Assembly: GCA_963708075.1 (NCBI GenBank)
Contig: OY970194.1
Location: 7,136,001-7,200,000 of the forward strand
Length of the DNA: 64,000 nt
Direction of reading: 5' to 3'
Origin: Sedimentisphaerales bacterium
GTDB lineage: Bacteria > Planctomycetota > Phycisphaerae > Sedimentisphaerales > Anaerobacaceae
The notes beneath the pieces are model-generated. The model was not told the origin of the DNA. It saw only the letters and a list, made by a program, of their open reading frames with translations, and searched no databases. Shown here piece after piece: positions 59,127 to 64,000 of the stretch. Positions within the stretch are counted from its first letter, which is position 1, and the number at the start of each line of letters is the position of its first letter. The translations under genes were made by a program, and so were the position numbers.

Positions 59127-61088
59127 ATGATGCTCGAGAGTCGATATTTTGCATGGTGTTCCGTTCTTCTTCTGGTGGTGGTGTCCACGGTGGCTGCCGG
59201 CCAGACCAGTGACAGCCAGAGCCCCAAGGAAAGAGAACTCAAACTGATCGGCGTCCTCCAGTCGGACGCACCGCCCGCCGAGAAAGCGATCACCTGCAAG
59301 CGATTGGCTGTCTACGGCACGAAGGATGCCGTCCCAGCCCTGGCGCCGCTGTTGGCGGACAAGGAGCTGTCATCCTGGGCGAGGATTGCTCTGGAAGCGA
59401 TTCCCGGCCCTGAGGCGGATGCAGCTCTGCGCGAAGCCATGGGAAAGACCCAGGGCAGGTTGCTGATTGGGGTGATCAATTCGATCGGTGTTCGCCGCGA
59501 TGCGGGGGCGGTCGATGGGCTTGTGGCGAGGCTCAAGGATGCCGACGTGGATGTGGCGTCGGCTGCGGCCGTGGCCCTGGGACGCATCGGCAGCGACCAG
59601 GCCGCAAAGGCCCTGGAGCAATCCCTCGCCGGTGCGCCGGCCAAGGTTCGCCCGGCAGTTGCCGAAGGCTGCATTCTGTGTGCGGAAAAGTCCCTCGCGG
59701 CAGAGAAGACCGCCGACGCCGTGAGGTTGTACGATGCGGTGCGTCAGGCGGACGTGCCCGAGCAGAGGCAGCTCGATGCGGTACGTGGCGCGATTCTGGC
59801 CCGGCAGGCTGCCGGTGTACCGCTGCTGATGGAGCAGTTGAGATCGACCAACAAGGCACGGTTCGGCATCGCACTGCGCACGGCCCGGGAGCTTCCTGGC
59901 GTCGCCGTGACAGAGTCACTGGCCGCTGAACTCGACAAGCTGAATGCGGACCGCCGGCCTCTGCTGGTTCTGGCTATAGCGGATCGCAGTGACGCTGCCG
60001 TGTTGCCGGCGGTTCTCAAGGCCGCCAAGAGCGGTCCGCAAAAACTGCGAATGAGCGCCGTCAGCGTGCTGGAGCGTCTGGGCAATGTGTCCTGCGTGCC
60101 GGTGCTGTTGGATGCTGCTGTCGAGAGTGACGCGGAGCTGGCACAGGTGGCCAAGACCGTGCTGGCCAGGCTGCCCGGCAACGACGTGGACGCGGACCTT
60201 CTCGCCCGCCTGCCGCAAGCGTCCGGAAAGACGCGCCGGGTCCTTATCGAGCTTGCAGGACAACGGGGCATTGATGGGGCTCTTCCCGCGGTCATGCTCA
60301 GTATTGAGGATGCGGATGCAGGGATTCGCAGCGCCGCCGTACAGACTGTCGGCGCGATCGGGCAGGACAAGCAGGCCACCGACCTGGTGAGGCTCCTTCA
60401 GAAGACTCAGAATCCCGGCGAGCGTGCGGACATCGAGAAGGCTCTCCTGGCTGTCAGTGGCCGCGGGGGAGCCAACTGCGTGCAATATCTGCTGCCGCTG
60501 GCGCAGAGCAATGATGGCGCCCTTCGCATAATCGCTCTGAATGCGCTGGCCGTTGCCGGCGGGTCTGATGCCTTGGCCGCCGTGAAGTCCGCAGTCAACG
60601 ATAAGGATGAGGCCGTTCAAGATGAGGCGGTGCGCACGTTGTCTACCTGGCCGAACAACTGGCCCGGGGACGCCGGCGTGGCAGAACCACTTCTGACACT
60701 GGCCAGGTCCGGCAGGAAGACGTCGCACCAGGTGCTGGGCTTGCGCGGGTACCTGCAATATGTGCGGGCGGACAACAAACTCAGTGACAACGAGAAGGTT
60801 GCCAAAGTCAATGAGTTGCTTCCGCTGCTCAAGCGGGCGGAGGAAAAGCGCCTGGCCATCGCGGCCGTGGGTGCCATCCCAACTGCTGGGGCGATGGAAC
60901 TGCTGACGGCCCTGGCAGCGGACCCGGCTGTCGCCGAGGAAGCGTGCTCCGCGATAGTTAATCTCGCAGGCAAGAACTTGCAGGGCGTTTCCGGGGACCA
61001 GCGTCAGAAGGCGCTCCAGGCCGTGGTGGAGAAATCGAAAAACGACGCCACAAAGAAGAAAGCTCAGGAGGTCCTGAAGAAAATCTGA
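59127..61088 (+). CDS. Secreted HEAT-repeat protein
   Basis: Signal peptide; repeated helical units (AVPALAPLL, ARIALEAIPG, AAAVALGRIG, AVRTLSTWP). Confidence 0.88.
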   Translation: MMLESRYFAWCSVLLLVVVSTVAAGQTSDSQSPKERELKLIGVLQSDAPPAEKAITCKRLAVYGTKDAVPALAPLLADKELSSWARIALEAIPGPEADAALREAMGKTQGRLLIGVINSIGVRRDAGAVDGLVARLKDADVDVASAAAVALGRIGSDQAAKALEQSLAGAPAKVRPAVAEGCILCAEKSLAAEKTADAVRLYDAVRQADVPEQRQLDAVRGAILARQAAGVPLLMEQLRSTNKARFGIALRTARELPGVAVTESLAAELDKLNADRRPLLVLAIADRSDAAVLPAVLKAAKSGPQKLRMSAVSVLERLGNVSCVPVLLDAAVESDAELAQVAKTVLARLPGNDVDADLLARLPQASGKTRRVLIELAGQRGIDGALPAVMLSIEDADAGIRSAAVQTVGAIGQDKQATDLVRLLQKTQNPGERADIEKALLAVSGRGGANCVQYLLPLAQSNDGALRIIALNALAVAGGSDALAAVKSAVNDKDEAVQDEAVRTLSTWPNNWPGDAGVAEPLLTLARSGRKTSHQVLGLRGYLQYVRADNKLSDNEKVAKVNELLPLLKRAEEKRLAIAAVGAIPTAGAMELLTALAADPAVAEEACSAIVNLAGKNLQGVSGDQRQKALQAVVEKSKNDATKKKAQEVLKKI

Positions 61089-61107
61089 GGACACGGCTGC
61101 ACTACCG

Positions 61108-61149
61108 GTAGCACGGGCATCCTTCCCATGGGCAGGATGCCCGTGCTGC
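61108..61149. repeat. REP-like palindrome at operon end
   Basis: GTAGCACGGGCATCCT-tcccatgggc-AGGATGCCCGTGCTGC. Confidence 0.8.
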
Positions 61150-61463
61150 TTTCCACACATGCTCAAAGATCATTCCTGATGGATCTGCTCTGTCAGTTCA
61201 CATTCGGATTGACCCATGTCGATCCCCATAGGGTCGTCAGGATTTGGGACGACTCGATTGGGCAACTCTCCTATCTTTCCGCAACGGCAGTTGCCATACA
61301 TTCAGCGTAGATTCCAGTAGGCAAAGACGTGTGCCGCGAAGGGTAAGGGAACATGCATTGCTCTTGTGCTTTTGCCTTATCGGCGCAATGAAAGAATGGA
61401 GAAGCAACAGAATAGAATTGGCTGAGTCCAATCCTGGAAGTTTTTTCGCAGGAGGTCACTCCG

Positions 61464-62195
61464 ATGCCGGGGCGATTTTACATATGGTGGGTTGCTGTCG
61501 TGATGACGGGGTTTGTGGCATCCTGTGCTGAACGCCGGGAGGAGTCCCGGGTTGCGCTGAGCGAGCGGGACTGGACTCCGCCGGCACTGCAGAGGATCGG
61601 CCAGCGCGCGGAAGGCATTGTCCTGGCTGTGCCCACGGAAAACTGGCCGCGCGTATATGCGTACATCAGCGACATTGACAACGCGTGGAAGGACTACAAA
61701 CGTCCGACGGTTGCGCCATCGGCGAAGCCCGAGAGATTTCCCGCCGGGCTGATGGCCGGGCAGCTCGATGCGGCGCTGGCCGCTCTGAAGAGGTCGGCCG
61801 CAGCACGAGATGCGACAGGGACCATCAAGGCGGCCGACGACGTGAATGCAGCCGCCACCGACCTGTTCGCGTTCTATAACCCGACCCTGCCGCTGGATAT
61901 CCATACGCTGACTGTGCTTGAAAGGCGAATCCTGCTGGACTCCACGGATGGCGATCTGAATCGCGCCTTCGTTACTCTGACCCGGGTTCGCCACGCATGG
62001 AGCCGCGTGCGGCCGACCATCTCCAGTCATGTGGGGGATAGGGTCGTCAGTGAATTCGATCAGCATATTGCGGACCAGCAGGCCGCGTTGGATGCCAAGG
62101 ACGGCGGCAGACTCGCCTCCACAGCCAAGCAGGCCCTGACAATGATCGATCAGATGGAGCGGCTGTACTACCCTGACATGGAAGGCTTGGGGTAG
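61464..62195 (+). CDS. Hypothetical alpha-helical lipoprotein
   Basis: GGAGGT RBS; lipobox-like FVAS|C; helical pattern. Confidence 0.75.
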   Translation: MPGRFYIWWVAVVMTGFVASCAERREESRVALSERDWTPPALQRIGQRAEGIVLAVPTENWPRVYAYISDIDNAWKDYKRPTVAPSAKPERFPAGLMAGQLDAALAALKRSAAARDATGTIKAADDVNAAATDLFAFYNPTLPLDIHTLTVLERRILLDSTDGDLNRAFVTLTRVRHAWSRVRPTISSHVGDRVVSEFDQHIADQQAALDAKDGGRLASTAKQALTMIDQMERLYYPDMEGLG

Positions 62196-62626
62196 GTTCG
62201 CGGGGTCTGCAATCGGGAGCAGACCTGCTCTCCTCGACTCTCTGCTCCTCATCTGTGCGTAGCCTCATGGAGTCGGGCCGTCCTCCTGTCATCATGTCTA
62301 CTCTTACGGCTTCTCCTCACCTCTCACCCCGCCGATTCCTTAGTAAGCCATAGGGAAAATCCCGCATGGATTGTAGGGGACTGCCTGTTTATGGGAGCGA
62401 GGTCCACCTCTATCTATAAAGGCTGCGGATGGTGGGACAACGCATGCGGTCCCAACCGAAGCCCGGAATCCGCACCTCGGCAGAACTCGCCGATGTCAAT
62501 CCGCAACTCAGGGGAGTACGCCTAACGGTGTGACGACACGTGCCACCGACGGGGCCGGAGGCTAACCACGGCAATCGATCCCGGCGGTCAGAGCCGGCAA
62601 CTACCTATCGATCAATAACCGGAATA

Positions 62627-64000
62627 ATGGATAGACGCACATTCCTTCGTTGGATGGCCGGCGCAGGCACCGCCCATGCAGGTCTGGCTCACTATTCGCA
62701 GCCGGAGGGCCCTTCGCAGAACGATAAGCAAGACAGCAAGATGGGGCAGAGGTATCCCGACCGCTGGCTGTCTCCCGTCGCGCATCCGCCGCTTGCACCG
62801 CCGGGGATATGGACTACTCTCGCCACAACGTGTCGCGAGTGCCCCGCCGGGTGTGGGATGCATGTTCTCTGCCGGGACGGCCGTGTCGTCAAGCCGGAGG
62901 GCAATCCGAGCCACCCTGTGAGCCGGGGCGGCCTTTGCCCTCGCGGGCAGTCCGCGCCTCAGGGACTATATGACCCGGATCGTGTGGGACGGCCGCTGAA
63001 GAGAAATGGACCCCAAGGACCTCAGAGACCTAAAGGAGGGTCCGATGCCGTGATTCGTTCCTTAGGTCCTTCAGGTCCTTTAAGTCCTTTTGAATCACTC
63101 TCATGGTCCCAGGCCATCGCGGAAGTGACCGATGCTCTGAAAAAAGCAAAGCGGCTCTTCGTCCTGAGCGACCTGCAGACAGGGACCCTTGCGGAAATCA
63201 TGCGGCAGTTCCACCGCAGCCGGGGCATTCCAGGGCAGGTCGTGTTCCACGAGGCATTCGATTACGAGGCGCTTCGTGCTGCCAACGGGCGGCTTTTCGG
63301 CCGGCCCGTCATTCCCCGGTACAGGCTGGACCAGTGCGATTTCATCCTGAGCTTCGGGGCCGACTTCCTCGAAAGCTGGATATCGAACGTGGAATTCGCC
63401 TGGCAGTTCAGCGAGATGCATCACCGGCCGCCCAACTATGGCAGGGAAATGGCCTACATCGGTCCCCGGCTGTCGATGACGGCGGCCAACGCGGACCACT
63501 TCTTTCAGGTCCCGGCGGGGCAGGAACACCGCACGGCCTTGGCCATCCTGCGGGAAGTGGCAGACCTCAAGGGGCTCTCGATTTCGGATTTCGGATTTCG
63601 GATTTCGGATTGGAATGAGGCACAGGGTTCAAGTCCGCAATCCGCAATCCACAATCCGCAATTACGGGCAATCGCCCGCCGATTTGTGCAGGCGAAGAAC
63701 AGCGTCGCTTTGGGCGGTCCCGTCGGGGCAAGCGGCCCGGCCGCGGAGAACCTTGCCACGGCCGTCATGCTGCTGAATCAGGCAGCCGGTAGAATGAGCA
63801 CGACGGTCGATTTCTCGCAGACGCATGCACTGGGGCTGACCACACCCCTCGTTCAACTTGAACAGTTGCTCACCGGCTTGGGGGAGGGCGACGTCCTGAT
63901 CGTTCATAACGCGAACCCTGCGTACCATCTGCCGCATCTGCAAGACCAGATCAATCGGGCCGATCACGTCGTCTTCCTTGGCACGATGTTGAATGAGACG
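62627..64000 (+). CDS. Tat-exported molybdopterin oxidoreductase-fold protein (ActB/QrcB-like), 3'-truncated; absent from the ORF track
   Basis: Manual translation: MDRRTFLRWM; TTCRECPAGCG...EGNPSHPVSRGGLCPRGQ (4Fe-4S N-terminal motif); LYDPDR; ILSFGADFLESW; PRLSMTAANAD; HNANPAY. Frame is open to the window end. Confidence 0.9.
   Translation, partial: MDRRTFLRWMAGAGTAHAGLAHYSQPEGPSQNDKQDSKMGQRYPDRWLSPVAHPPLAPPGIWTTLATTCRECPAGCGMHVLCRDGRVVKPEGNPSHPVSRGGLCPRGQSAPQGLYDPDRVGRPLKRNGPQGPQRPKGGSDAVIRSLGPSGPLSPFESLSWSQAIAEVTDALKKAKRLFVLSDLQTGTLAEIMRQFHRSRGIPGQVVFHEAFDYEALRAANGRLFGRPVIPRYRLDQCDFILSFGADFLESWISNVEFAWQFSEMHHRPPNYGREMAYIGPRLSMTAANADHFFQVPAGQEHRTALAILREVADLKGLSISDFGFRISDWNEAQGSSPQSAIHNPQLRAIARRFVQAKNSVALGGPVGASGPAAENLATAVMLLNQAAGRMSTTVDFSQTHALGLTTPLVQLEQLLTGLGEGDVLIVHNANPAYHLPHLQDQINRADHVVFLGTMLNET
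63008..63087. repeat. Nonamer-array hairpin element, in frame within CDS
   Basis: ggaccccaa ggacctcag agacctaaa gga ... tcc ttaggtcc ttcaggtcc tttaagtcc. Confidence 0.85.
63579..63663. repeat. Heptamer-array hairpin element (ATTTCGG/CCGCAAT), in frame within CDS
   Basis: (atttcgg)x4 ... agtccgc aatccgc aatccac aatccgc. Confidence 0.9.

Overview
This is a GC-rich bacterial window. The gene content (LamG multi-module secreted protein, many Tat-exported Gfo/Idh/MocA proteins, PmoA/DUF6807-type protein, HEAT-repeat protein) suggests a Planctomycetota, probably Phycisphaerae/Sedimentisphaerales; this taxonomy is inferred. It contains six blocks. (1) 1-22.5 kb: a pectin locus resembling rhamnogalacturonan-II (RG-II) degradation, with GH78, GH138-like, GH137-like+DUF3826 fusion, beta-helix/DUF6298-like, GH127+GH142-like fusion, plus a dehydrogenase, MFS transporter and oxidoreductase. 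No SusC/SusD pair is present in the window. (2) 23-25 kb: a secreted protein and a rhomboid protease. (3) 25.4-38 kb: a near-complete type IV pilus cluster in two convergent operons. (4) 39-46.7 kb: alpha-2-macroglobulin and pbpC. (5) 47-49.7 kb: a FixJ-type regulator, a degenerate His-kinase and a TagA/WecG remnant. (6) 50-64 kb: a GH78+DUF1593 fusion, three Tat Gfo/Idh/MocA proteins, a TIM-barrel protein, a HEAT protein, a lipoprotein and the 5' part of an ActB/QrcB-like molybdopterin oxidoreductase that is missing from the ORF track. The most unusual signal is at least nine 75-160 bp hairpin elements whose arms are inverted tandem arrays of 7-, 8- or 9-mers, plus GTAG-type REPs. Three of these palindromes sit in frame inside proteins. 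Several frameshifts fall at short homopolymer or dinucleotide runs and are probably sequencing errors. Family assignments come from motif recognition from memory, not database searches. I saw no rRNA, tRNA, CRISPR array or transposase.
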